The translations under genes were made by a program, and so were the position numbers. 64,000 bases of DNA. Origin: Acidobacteriota bacterium. Its GTDB lineage: Bacteria > Acidobacteriota > UBA6911 > RPQK01 > JAJDTT01. This document shows, one piece after another, positions 9,625-20,200 of the stretch; position 1 is the stretch's first letter, and each line of letters opens with the position of its first letter. Location of the stretch: contig OZ253580.1 of assembly GCA_965263035.1 (NCBI GenBank), positions 2,944,001 to 3,008,000 of the forward strand. The letters are read 5' to 3'. The notes under the pieces are model-generated. The model saw nothing but the letters and a program-made list of their open reading frames with translations. It ran no database searches and had not been told where the DNA came from.

Positions 9625-10008
9625 TCATCCGAGCCTGCCGCGATGGAGCACCACGGTGAAGTCGAAGCGGTCCAGAACTCCGTGGACCTTTTCCAGCGTC
9701 CGGACCGGGTCCGATGGAGCCGGCGTCCGATCCACGGCTCTTCGCACCAGCTCGGAGTTGGTGGTCAACCGTCGCTGAGCCAAGTCGACCTCCAGCCAGT
9801 GAGTCGCCCTGCGCCGGGGAGGGTCGACACCGATCTGCAGCGTATATCCCAGCAACTTCAAGATGGCCGCCGCCGGGTCGGAAGCTTCCAGAACGTCGTC
9901 CAGGTAGCGAAGCAGATCCACGGCCAGCCAGCCGTTCCGGGGAAAAATCAGGGTGTACCAGGTCCCGTCCAGCCTGAAGCTGAGGGAGCCGGTGTCTGCT
10001 GGGTCCAC
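9625..10008 (-). CDS. hypothetical protein
   Basis: 127-aa ORF with protein-like composition filling the gap divergent from the cox operon; no recognised motif. Confidence 0.55.
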   Translation of the reverse strand: MDPADTGSLSFRLDGTWYTLIFPRNGWLAVDLLRYLDDVLEASDPAAAILKLLGYTLQIGVDPPRRRATHWLEVDLAQRRLTTNSELVRRAVDRTPAPSDPVRTLEKVHGVLDRFDFTVVLHRGRLG

Positions 10009-10094
10009 ACCGCCAGTGTAGTGACCCGTCCTCCTTCCGGGAAGCCCGTGAGACTTTCTCTCGCTCCTCGTTCCTTTTTCGTTTATTTCTCGTC

Positions 10095-10122
10095 TTGAAT
10101 CTACTCCGGCAGTTGGTACAAT
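10095..10122 (+). promoter_or_regulatory. sigma70-type promoter of the respiratory cluster
   Basis: TTGAAT-N16-TACAAT with extended TG, preceded by an AT-rich UP-like tract. Confidence 0.55.
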
Positions 10123-10148
10123 GGCGTCGATTTTTGGAGGCGTGACTC

Positions 10149-10934
10149 ATGATATTGGCGGTGACGATCTGGATCATCACGGTGGTTTCCACGGTGCTGA
10201 TGGTAGGCAAGTACTGGTGGTTTCCCGAAGTGGCGTCGGCGCATGGCGCCGACTTGGACCGGCAGTTCATGGTGACCCTGGTGGTGACCGGGGTCATCTT
10301 CATCCTGGCGCAGGTGGGCCTCGGCTACCTCATAGCGCGCTACCGGGACGGCGCCGGAAAGGTGGCCCACTATACCCACGGGAGCGAGAAGCTCGAGGTG
10401 ATCTGGACCCTGGCCACAACCGTGATCTTCTTCGCCATGGTGATCCCGGGCCAGAGCATATGGGCCAGCCTCTACCTGGCCGAAACCCCTGAGGACGCCG
10501 TCCGCATTGAGGTGACCGGACAGCAGTTCGCCTGGAACATGAGATATCCCGGCCCCGACGGCGAGTTCGGGAAGTTGGCCACGGAACTCATCAATGACGA
10601 AGGGGGCAATCCATTGGGATTGGACCGTTCCGATGCCGCCGCCCAGGATGACCTGGTCGTTCCCGTCATGGCGGTGCCCTTGGGCAAGCCGGTGGAGCTG
10701 CTCCTGCGCTCCAAGGACGTGACCCACGCCTTCTCGGTACGGGAGCTTCGGGTCAAACAGGATCTGGTCCCGGGACTACTCATCCCCGTTCAGTTCACGG
10801 CCACCAGAACCGGCCGATTCGAGATCGCCTGCGCCGAGCTGTGCGGGCTGCAGCATTACAACATGCGGAGTTTTCTGGAAGTGCTTTCGGAGGCGGACTT
10901 CGCCCAGTGGCTGAAGGACCAGGCTGAAGAATAG
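10149..10934 (+). CDS. coxB: Cytochrome c oxidase subunit II
   Basis: LEVIWT, GQQFAW, DVTHAF and CuA motif CAELCGLQHYNM. Confidence 0.95.
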   Translation: MILAVTIWIITVVSTVLMVGKYWWFPEVASAHGADLDRQFMVTLVVTGVIFILAQVGLGYLIARYRDGAGKVAHYTHGSEKLEVIWTLATTVIFFAMVIPGQSIWASLYLAETPEDAVRIEVTGQQFAWNMRYPGPDGEFGKLATELINDEGGNPLGLDRSDAAAQDDLVVPVMAVPLGKPVELLLRSKDVTHAFSVRELRVKQDLVPGLLIPVQFTATRTGRFEIACAELCGLQHYNMRSFLEVLSEADFAQWLKDQAEE

Positions 10935-10964
10935 GGTGCCGGAGACGCAGGGAGTTTGACCGCT

Positions 10965-12743
10965 ATGGCAGAAGAGGTTCAGACGCACGCCGCTCACCAC
11001 GAAGCGCCGTCAGGCTGGGTTCGAAAGTACATCTTCAGCACCGACCACAAGGTAATCGGGATCCAGTACTACCTGCTGGCTCTGTTCTCAGTTCTGGTGG
11101 GGATGGGTCTGTCGGTGCTGATTCGCTTGAATCTGGCATGGCCGGGCACCGAGGTATCCATTCTGGGCGCCCTCTTTCCGGAGGGGGCTCCGGGCGGAAT
11201 CATGACCCCCGAGTTCTACTTGGCCATGCTCACCATGCATGGGACCATCATGGTCTTCTTCGTGCTCACGACGGCTCCTCAGGGCGGCTTCGGGAATTAT
11301 TTCCTGCCCATCCAGATCGGCGCCGACGACATGGCCTTCCCCATCCTCAACATGCTCTCGTTCTGGGTGACTTTCCTGGCGCTGGGCGTTCTCATGGCTG
11401 CGTTCTTCGTGGAAGGGGGTGCGCCCATCTCGGGATGGACGGCCTATCCTCCTCTGAGTGCGCTGGGGGAGATCGCCGGACCGGGGTTGGGCACTGGACA
11501 GAGCCTATGGGTGGTGAGCATTGCCTTGTTCTGCGTGGCCTCACTCCTGGGTGCCCTGAACTTCATCACCACCACCATCGACATGCGCGCCAAGGGTCTC
11601 ACCATGATGCGCCTGCCGCTGACGGTCTGGGGCTGGTTCGTCACCGCCATCCTGGGCCTGCTGGCGTTCGGAGTCCTGCTGGCAGCAGGAGTCCTCCTGC
11701 TCTTGGACCGGTGGGCCGGAACCAGCTTCTTCATTCCCGGTGGGCTGGTGGTGAGTGACCAGGTCATCGACCACACGGGGGGATCGCCGCTGCTCTGGCA
11801 GCATCTTTTCTGGTTCTTCGGTCATCCCGAGGTCTACATTGCCATCCTTCCAGGGATGGGGGTCGTCTCCCACATCCTGGCCACCTTCGCCCGCAAACCG
11901 GTGTTCGGTTACAAGGCCATGGCCTTCGCCATCATCGGCATCGGCGCGGTGAGCTTCATCGTCTGGGGCCACCACATGTTCCTGAGCGGGATGAGCCCCT
12001 ACACCGCCATCGTCTTCTCGCTGACCACCACGGCGGTGGCCGTGCCGTCGGCCATCAAGACGTTCAACTGGCTGGGAACCCTCTGGGGCGGCCGGATCCA
12101 ATTGACCACCGCCATGCTCTACGCCCTGGGTTTCGTCTCCCTGTTCGTGACCGGCGGCCTGACGGGCCTGTTCCTGAACCAGCCCGCGGTGGACGTCTAC
12201 CTCCACGACACATACTTCGTGGTGGGACACTTCCACATGATCATGGGAGTGGCGGCCATCTTCGGCATCTTCGCCGCCACCTACTACTGGTTTTCCAAGA
12301 TGTTCGGGCGCCATCTGAGCGAGTTCTGGGGCAAGGTGCATTTCTGGTTCACCTTCGTCGGGGTCTACTGCATCTTCATGCCCATGCACAATCTGGGGAT
12401 CGCCGGGCAGCCGCGGAGATACGCCGAATTGACCTCCTTCGATTTTCTGCAGCCCCTGGTTTCGCTACAGCAGTTCATCACGGTGGCCGCCTTCATCACG
12501 GTGACCGCCCAGCTCATCTTCGTGGCCAACTTCGCCTATAGCCTCTTCAAGGGCCGGGTGGCGGAACGGAACCCCTGGCGGGCAACCACCATCGAGTGGG
12601 AGGTCCCCTCTCCTCCGCCCCATGACAACTTCGGCGGCAAGTTTCCGGTGGTGCATCGCGGGCCGTACGAGTACAGCGTCCCGGGCGCCAAGGAAGACTT
12701 CATCCCTCAAACTGCTCCCGACGCGCGCGGGTCCACCGGCTGA
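10965..12743 (+). CDS. coxA: Cytochrome c oxidase subunit I (A1 type)
   Basis: TDHKVIG, HGTIM, WFFGHPEVY, VWGHHM and HDTYFVVGHFH motifs. Confidence 0.97.
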   Translation: MAEEVQTHAAHHEAPSGWVRKYIFSTDHKVIGIQYYLLALFSVLVGMGLSVLIRLNLAWPGTEVSILGALFPEGAPGGIMTPEFYLAMLTMHGTIMVFFVLTTAPQGGFGNYFLPIQIGADDMAFPILNMLSFWVTFLALGVLMAAFFVEGGAPISGWTAYPPLSALGEIAGPGLGTGQSLWVVSIALFCVASLLGALNFITTTIDMRAKGLTMMRLPLTVWGWFVTAILGLLAFGVLLAAGVLLLLDRWAGTSFFIPGGLVVSDQVIDHTGGSPLLWQHLFWFFGHPEVYIAILPGMGVVSHILATFARKPVFGYKAMAFAIIGIGAVSFIVWGHHMFLSGMSPYTAIVFSLTTTAVAVPSAIKTFNWLGTLWGGRIQLTTAMLYALGFVSLFVTGGLTGLFLNQPAVDVYLHDTYFVVGHFHMIMGVAAIFGIFAATYYWFSKMFGRHLSEFWGKVHFWFTFVGVYCIFMPMHNLGIAGQPRRYAELTSFDFLQPLVSLQQFITVAAFITVTAQLIFVANFAYSLFKGRVAERNPWRATTIEWEVPSPPPHDNFGGKFPVVHRGPYEYSVPGAKEDFIPQTAPDARGSTG

Positions 12744-12746
12744 AGC

Positions 12747-13415
12747 ATGGCAATCGTCACACCACCTTCCCCTCCCAAGACCGCCGTCCGTGAATTGGAC
12801 CCCCGCAGTCCCGTTCTGTCCGGCGCTCCGGCCCTGCCCACCGGGCGCGGAGGCTGGGGCGATTCCCGGGGAGGGCGTCCGGGAGTTCCCGAGCATCGCT
12901 ACTACACCGGAATGCTGGTGCTCATGGCGGCGGTGACCATGCTGTTCGCCGCCTTCACCAGCGCCTACATCGTGCGCAAGGGAATCTCGGACGATTGGCT
13001 CGCGACGGCGTTCCCCCCCCTGGTCTGGGTGAACACGTTGGTTCTGCTGGCCAGCAGCCTCACTATGGAGAGGGCCCGGAGGCTCTACGGCGAAACGGCC
13101 GCCCTGGCCAAATGGTGGCTGGCAACCACGAGCCTCGGTGTCATCTTTTTACTGGGGCAGCTCGTGGTCTGGCAGCAACTGGCCGGTGCGGGAATCTATC
13201 TGCGCACCAATCCCAGCAGCGCCTTCTTCTACATCCTGACCGGCGCCCACGGCGTCCATCTCCTGGGCGGTGTGGCGGCGTTGGTCTATTTGTCCCGGAG
13301 GCTGCTGCAGGATCGTCCCCCGACCCGTACGGTTCTCAACGTTACGGCCATCTACTGGCATTTCATGGATGGACTCTGGGTCTATCTTCTGTTGTTCCTT
13401 TTCCTCTGGAGGTAA
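12747..13415 (+). CDS. Cytochrome c oxidase subunit III (first copy)
   Basis: FFYILTGAHGVHLLGG and YWHFMDGLW motifs. Confidence 0.9.
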   Translation: MAIVTPPSPPKTAVRELDPRSPVLSGAPALPTGRGGWGDSRGGRPGVPEHRYYTGMLVLMAAVTMLFAAFTSAYIVRKGISDDWLATAFPPLVWVNTLVLLASSLTMERARRLYGETAALAKWWLATTSLGVIFLLGQLVVWQQLAGAGIYLRTNPSSAFFYILTGAHGVHLLGGVAALVYLSRRLLQDRPPTRTVLNVTAIYWHFMDGLWVYLLLFLFLWR

Positions 13416-13418
13416 TGG

Positions 13419-14042
13419 ATGGCTCAGCAGGCACACGACGCGAGCATTTCCGATTGGGCGGGTGGGCGTTCCCCGTTCGCCGTCGGTTCCAAGAAGCTGG
13501 GGATGTGGCTTTTCATCCTCTCCGACACCTTGACCTTCACGGCTCTGCTGCTGGCCTACACCTACGTCCGAGTCGCCAACGAGGGCTGGCCCCGCCCCTT
13601 CGAGCCGGCCAGCATCGCGCTGGCTTCGGTCATGACCTTCTGCCTGCTCTCCAGTTCGCTGACCATGGTCCTGGCCGTCGCCGCCGCGCACCGCGGCGAT
13701 CGATCGACCGCGGCGAAGTGGATCTGGGCCACCATGGCGGGAGGACTGGCCTTCATCGTGCTCCACGCCAACGAATGGATGCAGTTGATCCAACATGGAG
13801 TCACTCCGTTCGGCAATCCCTGGGGGGTTCCGCTGTTCGGGGCCACCTTCTTCACCCTGACCGGGCTCCACATGACACATGTGACCGCCGGCGTCATCTA
13901 TCTGGGGATCGTGGCCTGGGGTTTCAAGGGCGGCCGGTTCAACTCCGAGGACGTGGAGGTGAGCGGCCTCTACTGGCACTTCGTGGACTTGGTGTGGATG
14001 TTCATCTTCCCCTTGGTCTACCTGTTGTCCAACGTAATCTGA
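13419..14042 (+). CDS. Cytochrome c oxidase subunit III (second copy)
   Basis: KLGMWLFILSD, FFTLTGLHMTHV and GLYWHFVDLVW motifs. Confidence 0.92.
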   Translation: MAQQAHDASISDWAGGRSPFAVGSKKLGMWLFILSDTLTFTALLLAYTYVRVANEGWPRPFEPASIALASVMTFCLLSSSLTMVLAVAAAHRGDRSTAAKWIWATMAGGLAFIVLHANEWMQLIQHGVTPFGNPWGVPLFGATFFTLTGLHMTHVTAGVIYLGIVAWGFKGGRFNSEDVEVSGLYWHFVDLVWMFIFPLVYLLSNVI

Positions 14043-14063
14043 GATCCGGAGAAAGGCGAGTCC

Positions 14064-14360
14064 ATGAGTGACGAACATTCCCACAATCGGCTCTATCTGA
14101 CGGTTTGGGTGGTGCTCCTGGTGGTGACCGTCGTGGAGGTGGTGCTGGCTTACATCAACCTCTCGATCATGCTCATGTTGTCCACGCTGGTGATCCTCTC
14201 CTTCTTCAAGGCGGGTCTTATCGTGGCCTATTTCATGCACCTGCGTTTCGAGAAGTTCAGCCTCTTCATCTCCCTGATTCCCATGTTGCTGATCTGCGTC
14301 ATTCTGATGCTGGCGTTTCCGCTTCCGGACGGGGTCCGGGCGCTGGAGTTGAAGCCGTAA
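14064..14360 (+). CDS. Cytochrome c oxidase subunit IV family protein
   Basis: Three TM helices and KAGLIVAYFMHLRFE motif. Confidence 0.88.
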   Translation: MSDEHSHNRLYLTVWVVLLVVTVVEVVLAYINLSIMLMLSTLVILSFFKAGLIVAYFMHLRFEKFSLFISLIPMLLICVILMLAFPLPDGVRALELKP

Positions 14361-14602
14361 TGGACGGACGCCGGGCGGGAAAGTTCCGGTTCTTGCGCCG
14401 GGCGGCGGCGAGTTTGGCAGGGCTCCAACTGGTTGCCGGGCCGGAGTCCGGACTGATGGCCCAAGGCTGCGCCATGTGCAAGAGTTCCGCTCAGGTGCTG
14501 GGCCAGTTCTCGACTTTGAATGCCGGGATACTGGTTCTCGGCGTGCCGCCTGTGATGATCTTGACACTGTTCCTTTATCTGGCCTTTCGCCAACGGCCCT
14601 GA
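14360..14602 (+). CDS. Small exported/membrane protein with CAMC motif
   Basis: ATG overlaps the subunit IV stop (TAATG). Signal-like N-terminus, AQGCAMCK, then LNAGIL and one TM helix. Confidence 0.7.
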   Translation: MDGRRAGKFRFLRRAAASLAGLQLVAGPESGLMAQGCAMCKSSAQVLGQFSTLNAGILVLGVPPVMILTLFLYLAFRQRP

Positions 14603-14768
14603 AGTTGCCACAGCCTGCCGCCGGGGACATCGGCCCACGGCGGAAACCATGCTGCTGCGCCCTTGACAAGCTCCGGCGGAGGATGTTTTAACAGTTCGGG
14701 AACTGTCGAGGACATCGAGCCGGAGTGGGGTCGAGTCGTTGTTCTGAAACCTGCGAGTTGTATCGAGA

Positions 14769-15296
14769 ATGCCTGCAAGAAAAGTTACTCGGGCGGACGG
14801 AGATGCCAAGGGCGAAAGGCGCCTGATTCGGCGCCGGAAGTTCGCCTTTGCCAGCATCTTCGCCTTTCTGACGGCCAATTTCTTCATGACCTTGCGCTTC
14901 TTCTTCCCGCGCACCCTGTTCGAACCCAAGACCACGTTCAAGGTGGGCTATCCGAGCGATTTCGCCTTCGGGGTGGACACGCGGTTTCAGCAGAAGTACC
15001 GCATTTGGGTGGTGCGGAACGCGGAAGGCGTCTTCGTCATTTCCGCCATTTGCACCCATCTGGGCTGTACTCCGGACTGGGTCGAGAGCGAGCAGAAGTT
15101 CAAGTGCCCCTGTCATGGCAGCGGCTACGACAGTGAAGGCAGAAACTTCGAAGGTCCGGCCCCCCGCCCCATGGACCGAGCCCACGTGGAGCTGGGCGCG
15201 GATGGGCAGATCTTGGTGGACGTGAGCCGGGTCTACAGGTGTCCGCCGGGGGCGCCGTGCGAGTTCCGGGAAGAGGGGTCGTATCTGCCTGTCTGA
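14769..15296 (+). CDS. Rieske iron-sulfur subunit of a cytochrome bc complex
   Basis: Tat-like RRRKF plus TM helix; CTHLGC, CPCHGSGY and GPAPRP motifs. Confidence 0.93.
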   Translation: MPARKVTRADGDAKGERRLIRRRKFAFASIFAFLTANFFMTLRFFFPRTLFEPKTTFKVGYPSDFAFGVDTRFQQKYRIWVVRNAEGVFVISAICTHLGCTPDWVESEQKFKCPCHGSGYDSEGRNFEGPAPRPMDRAHVELGADGQILVDVSRVYRCPPGAPCEFREEGSYLPV

Positions 15297-15346
15297 TCCC
15301 GGTGTCGAAGTCAGTCGAACCGTTGGAGATCTGAGCGAGGAAGACC

Positions 15347-16273
15347 ATGGTCCAGAATAAGCGGGGAGAGGTGGAGCCTGCCCCCCCTCCCGGAAAGCTC
15401 AAGTCGCTCCTCAACAAAGTCCAGGCCGTCCTTGATCCCTACATCGGATCCTTCGTTGATAAAGGTAAGGATGATGTCAAAGCGATCCGGCAATACAAAG
15501 GGAGTAAACTCTGGAAGTCGGTCTTTCGTCACAAGCTGGATGACACGCCCCGCAACCGCTCACTGGCGGTTCTGACGAATGTCTTTCTGCACCTGCATCC
15601 TGCCAAGATCAACCGGGACGCCGTCCGCTTCCGGTTCACCTGGGGCATGGGAGGGCTCTCCTTCTACCTATTTCTGGTCCTGACCATCACCGGCATTTTC
15701 CTCATGTTCTACTACCACCCGACCAAGGGTCAGGCGTACGCGGACATCATGTATCTGCACAACGACGTCCCGTTCGGCGGGTTGCTGCGGAACATGCATC
15801 GCTGGGCCGCCCATCTGATGATCCTGACCGTGTGGCTCCACATGTTTCGGGTGTTTTTGACCGGGTCGTACAAGTCGCCGAGAGAGTTCAATTGGACCGT
15901 CGGAGTGATCTGTCTGGTTCTGACCCTGCTCCTCTCCTTCACCGGATACCTGCTGCCCGACGACCAATTGGGTTTCTGGGCGGTCACGGTGGGGACCAGC
16001 ATGGCCCGGGCCACACCGCTGCTGGGCCACGAGGGCCCGTTCGGTCCCGAGTTGGGAATCACGGCCTTCAACGACGTGAGGTTTGCCTTGCTGGGTGGGT
16101 CCATAGTGGACGCCAATGCCCTGTTGCGGGCCTACATCTGGCATTGCATCGCCATCCCCTTCATTCTCACGGCATTTCTGGCCGTCCATTTCTGGCGGGT
16201 GCGAAAGGACGGAAGCATTTCCGGTCCGGCGCCGGTCATGCTGGAGTCGGAGATCAAGCGCGTCAGGAGGTGA
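15347..16273 (+). CDS. Cytochrome b N-terminal part (b6-like)
   Basis: HRWAAH...LHMFR, SFTGYLLP, and H-x14-H in helix D. Confidence 0.93.
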   Translation: MVQNKRGEVEPAPPPGKLKSLLNKVQAVLDPYIGSFVDKGKDDVKAIRQYKGSKLWKSVFRHKLDDTPRNRSLAVLTNVFLHLHPAKINRDAVRFRFTWGMGGLSFYLFLVLTITGIFLMFYYHPTKGQAYADIMYLHNDVPFGGLLRNMHRWAAHLMILTVWLHMFRVFLTGSYKSPREFNWTVGVICLVLTLLLSFTGYLLPDDQLGFWAVTVGTSMARATPLLGHEGPFGPELGITAFNDVRFALLGGSIVDANALLRAYIWHCIAIPFILTAFLAVHFWRVRKDGSISGPAPVMLESEIKRVRR

Positions 16274-16332
16274 GCTCCCCTAAGGCAGATCCTGGTGCAG
16301 GCTGCCTTGCCGGGTGAAGCGAGGACATTGAC

Positions 16333-17268
16333 ATGGATTGGTATCAGCTCTGGGCGATCGTCTCCCTACCCGACAACATTCCCATCGTGGCCATGATTGT
16401 GCTGGTGCCGTTCTTCTGCTGGTACGCGTTCCGGCAGGCGCTGGCCACCGACCGGATGATCGTGCAGTTGGAAGCCGACCCCAAGGCGGCCCGGGGCCAC
16501 TACCGGAAGATCGAGCCGTTTCGGGAAGGTTGGGAGCGAAAGCTCCACGTCTGGCCCTACCTGTTGAGGGTGGAATTGCTGGCCACCGTGATCGTCACGG
16601 TGATTCTGATGGTCTGGTCCATCACCCTCAACGCGCCGTTGGAGGAACCGGCCAATCCGAACCTGACCATGAATCCCTCCAAGGCGCCCTGGTACTTCCT
16701 GGGCCTGCAGGAGATGCTGGTCTATTTCGACCCCTGGATCGCCGGCGTCCTGATGCCGACGCTCATCATCGTCGGACTGATGGTCATCCCCTTTATCGAC
16801 ACCAACCCTCTGGGGAACGGCTACTACACCTTCCGCCAGAGGAGGTTCGCCATCCTGGCCTTCTGCTTCGGTTTTCTGCTCCTCTGGAGCGTCATGATCG
16901 TCATCGGGACCTTCATCCGCGGGCCGGGGTGGATGTGGTTCTGGCCCGGGGCCACCTGGGACCATCACCGTCTGATCTTCGAGACCAACCGGGACCTGCA
17001 TGAGTTGCTGGGCGTCACCCAGCAGCCATGGATCGCCTTGCTGGGCGCCGCCGCCGTCGGTCTCTATCTGGCGGTCTTCGGTTTTCTGCTCCACAAATTG
17101 ATCCTGTCCACAGAATTCAATCGGAAGATCTATGCCAGGATGACCCTGATCCAGTACGTCCTCCTGCAGACCCTGCTGCTGATCATGTTGGCGCTTCCGG
17201 TCAAGATCATTCTCAGGTTGGTTTTTCGCATCAAGTACGTCTGGGTGACCCCATGGTTCAACGTTTGA
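16333..17268 (+). CDS. Cytochrome b C-terminal part (subunit IV-like) with extra TM helices
   Basis: APLEEPANP...KAPWYF (PEWY-equivalent) and IPFID motifs. Confidence 0.88.
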   Translation: MDWYQLWAIVSLPDNIPIVAMIVLVPFFCWYAFRQALATDRMIVQLEADPKAARGHYRKIEPFREGWERKLHVWPYLLRVELLATVIVTVILMVWSITLNAPLEEPANPNLTMNPSKAPWYFLGLQEMLVYFDPWIAGVLMPTLIIVGLMVIPFIDTNPLGNGYYTFRQRRFAILAFCFGFLLLWSVMIVIGTFIRGPGWMWFWPGATWDHHRLIFETNRDLHELLGVTQQPWIALLGAAAVGLYLAVFGFLLHKLILSTEFNRKIYARMTLIQYVLLQTLLLIMLALPVKIILRLVFRIKYVWVTPWFNV

Positions 17269-20200
17269 TTGCGCTGCTCCGGCGCCCATTCACCCGGAAA
17301 GGGTCGCGCGGACCCTTCTGGGAACGACCGGTGCCGGAAAAAGATCCCATAGTCCATTCCACACTGGCTACTCCCATGGCGGTGAGTGCGCTCTTGCTGA
17401 TGGTGACACTCATCTGGGCCTTCTACGAAGAAGGTTGGGGCCTGAGGCCCTGGAGGGCCTACCAGGACGAGTTCGTCGAGCGTTATTCCACGTTTCTGAG
17501 AGGCCTGAAGCCGCGGCAGGCGAGCCAGGAAGAGGAGATCAAGTCTTTGGACGGATATCTGGACCTGCAGCGGCGGCAACAGGAAGCGGAAGCCGCCGTC
17601 ACGCCCCAACTGGCAGAGATCGCCACCGAGGAAGAAGCCATCGACACCAAGCTCCGGGCCATCGAAAAGACGTTCACCACTGCCCGAAGCGAGGTCCAGG
17701 CCACCATCTACCTGATCGAGACCACGTCCGGCTCCACCAGCGAGGGTCACGAAGAGGATCGCGAGCGACTGGAGCAGGGGCCCTTCGAGGTCCTCCTCCC
17801 CGGAGAAGATGCGCCTCGGGAACTGAACTACGCCGAGTTGGAGGGCATGTTCAATTCCCTGAAAGAACGGCAGGGACGGGTCCGGGCCCGGAAGGCGGTA
17901 GTGCTGCAGAGGCCGGGCCAGATCCGGCGGGAAATGCAGACCTACGTTTCGAACCGCATGGATGGGCTCACGGCCAGTCAGGTTCAAGGCCTGGTCAATT
18001 CGCTGGACGACTTCGAGTACGGAATCCAACAGATCCACAACGGGGACATGGGCTTGGTGGACCGCTGCGAATCGTGTCACCTGGGGATCACCGAGCCGGT
18101 CACGATCCGGGCCGCCGACATGGGCGGCATGGGACTTTTCACCAGTCATCCCCGGAAGGAGCTGTTGGACGTTCACGACCCGGAGGTGTATGGCTGCTCC
18201 CCCTGCCACAACGGGAACGGAATCGGAACCGTTAGTGCCGTGACGGGCCACGGACGGTACAAGCACTGGCTCTGGCCGCTCTACGCGCCCGAGAACATGG
18301 AAGCCGGCTGCATGCGATGCCACGGCGATGCCGCCCGGCTGGACATGGCTCCGGTGTTGAGCGCGGGCCGCGAACAGTTCCGGTGGCGCGGCTGTTGGGG
18401 CTGTCATCCCAGGCAGGGATTTGACCAGGAACGGCTGGCGTTGCGGATCAACCAGAAAGACGTTTCGACCTTGGAGACCGAAAAGGAGGCCGTCCGCCTG
18501 CTGATCGAGCGGACAGTGGCACGGGCCGACGAATCCGAAACCAATGAAGAAGCGAGCCGGCTCTACGCAGAGGCCGACCGTCTGACGCTGGCGGTGGCCG
18601 ACCTCGACACCAGGGCCGACCGGGAGCGGCAACGGGGCCGGCAACTTCTCGAAGAGGTCAAGACCCCCGGGCCGAATCTCAAGGAGGTTCGGGTCAAGGT
18701 GCGCCGCGACTGGCTGCCGGGATGGATCGAGAATCCCCACACATTCCGGCCCACCACCAAGATGCCTCGGTTTCGGCTGGAAGAGGATCAGGTCCAGGCG
18801 ATTGCGGCCTTCGTCTGGCAGTCGGGCGTCAACGGAGATCTTGAGGATCAAGCCCAGGGGGATCCGGAACTGGGCAAGGTCCTGTTCGAGACCCGAGGGT
18901 GCATGGCCTGCCATGCCATTGGCGAAGGCGATGATGCGGTCGGAGGGACCTTCGCGGCCAATCTGAGCCGTGTGGGCGACAAGGTGCACTATGACTACCT
19001 GGTGCGCTGGATCCACAATCCACGGGAGCGGACATTCCCCTATTGTCCGGTCCACCAGCGGGACATCACTCCCGAGGACTATGCGTCCGCCGGGAAACCG
19101 TTCGGTTTCGACCTTCAGGACAACGAATGTCCCCTGGGCACCCACATTCTCCAGGTGCAGAATCCCACGGTCATGCCCAACCTGCGTCTGTCCTGGGAGG
19201 AGAGCCGCGACATTGCGACCTACCTGAAGAGGCAAGCTCCCGGAACCGAATATGCTGCCGCGGCGTGGCTGGAGGATTCGGAACTGGCGCCCAGGGGGCG
19301 CGCCATGGTCCGCCACTTCGGCTGTGCCGGCTGCCACGAGATCGCGACGTTGGAGGAGGAAGGCAAGATCGGGACCGATCTCACGGAAGAGGGGAGCAAA
19401 CCTCTGGAGCGTCTCGACTTTGCGCTGCTCACCAAGACCGCCAAGCGGGAAGGTTGGTACAACCACAAGGGATTCTTCGAGCGGAAGCTGGAGAATCCGG
19501 CCGTCTACGACCAGGGCAAGATCAAGGAGCCGCTGGAGCGACTCCGGATGCCCAACTTCAATCTGGACCCGGAGAAGATCACCCAGCTCACCACCTACCT
19601 GTTGGGCAGCGTGCCGCCGGAGGACCGCGTTCCGGAGCGGTATCACTACCGGCCGCGGGACCAGAGGAGTCACATCCAAGAGGGCTGGGACATCGTTCTC
19701 AAGTACAACTGCATGGGTTGCCACCAAGTGGCGCCGGGACAGCAGCCCGTGGTCAAGAGCCTGCCTCTTTACCAACAAGAAGATTGGCGCGAGCAGCTGC
19801 CTCCCCCGTTGGTCGGGGAGGGGGCCAGAGTCAACCCCAACTGGTTGACTCGTTTCCTGAAGAACCCGGCTCTGGACGAGGAACGGCCTCACCGCAACGG
19901 GGTCCGGCCCTATCTCCAGATCCGGATGCCCACCTTCACACTCTCCAACGGGGAAGTGGAGAAGCTGGTGCGTTTCTTCGGGGCGCTGGCGCAGCAGCCG
20001 TTGCCCTATCTGGCCAAGACTCTGGACCCGCTATCGCAGCGGGAGCTGACCATGGCCCGCCAGCTCTTCACTCACCCGGCGGCGCCCTGCCTGCGGTGTC
20101 ACGCGACCGGCGACCCGCAGCATGACCGCAATGCGACGGCGCCCAGCTTCGCGCTGGTGAGTGAACGCCTGCAACCGGACTGGACGCGGCGCTGGATGGT

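Noticed and set aside
6668-9778. 1036-aa plus-strand ORF (also 17130-19892 minus, 37151-39514 plus, 54417-56657 plus)
   Set aside because: Antisense shadows of well-supported genes, typical of high-GC DNA; no motifs
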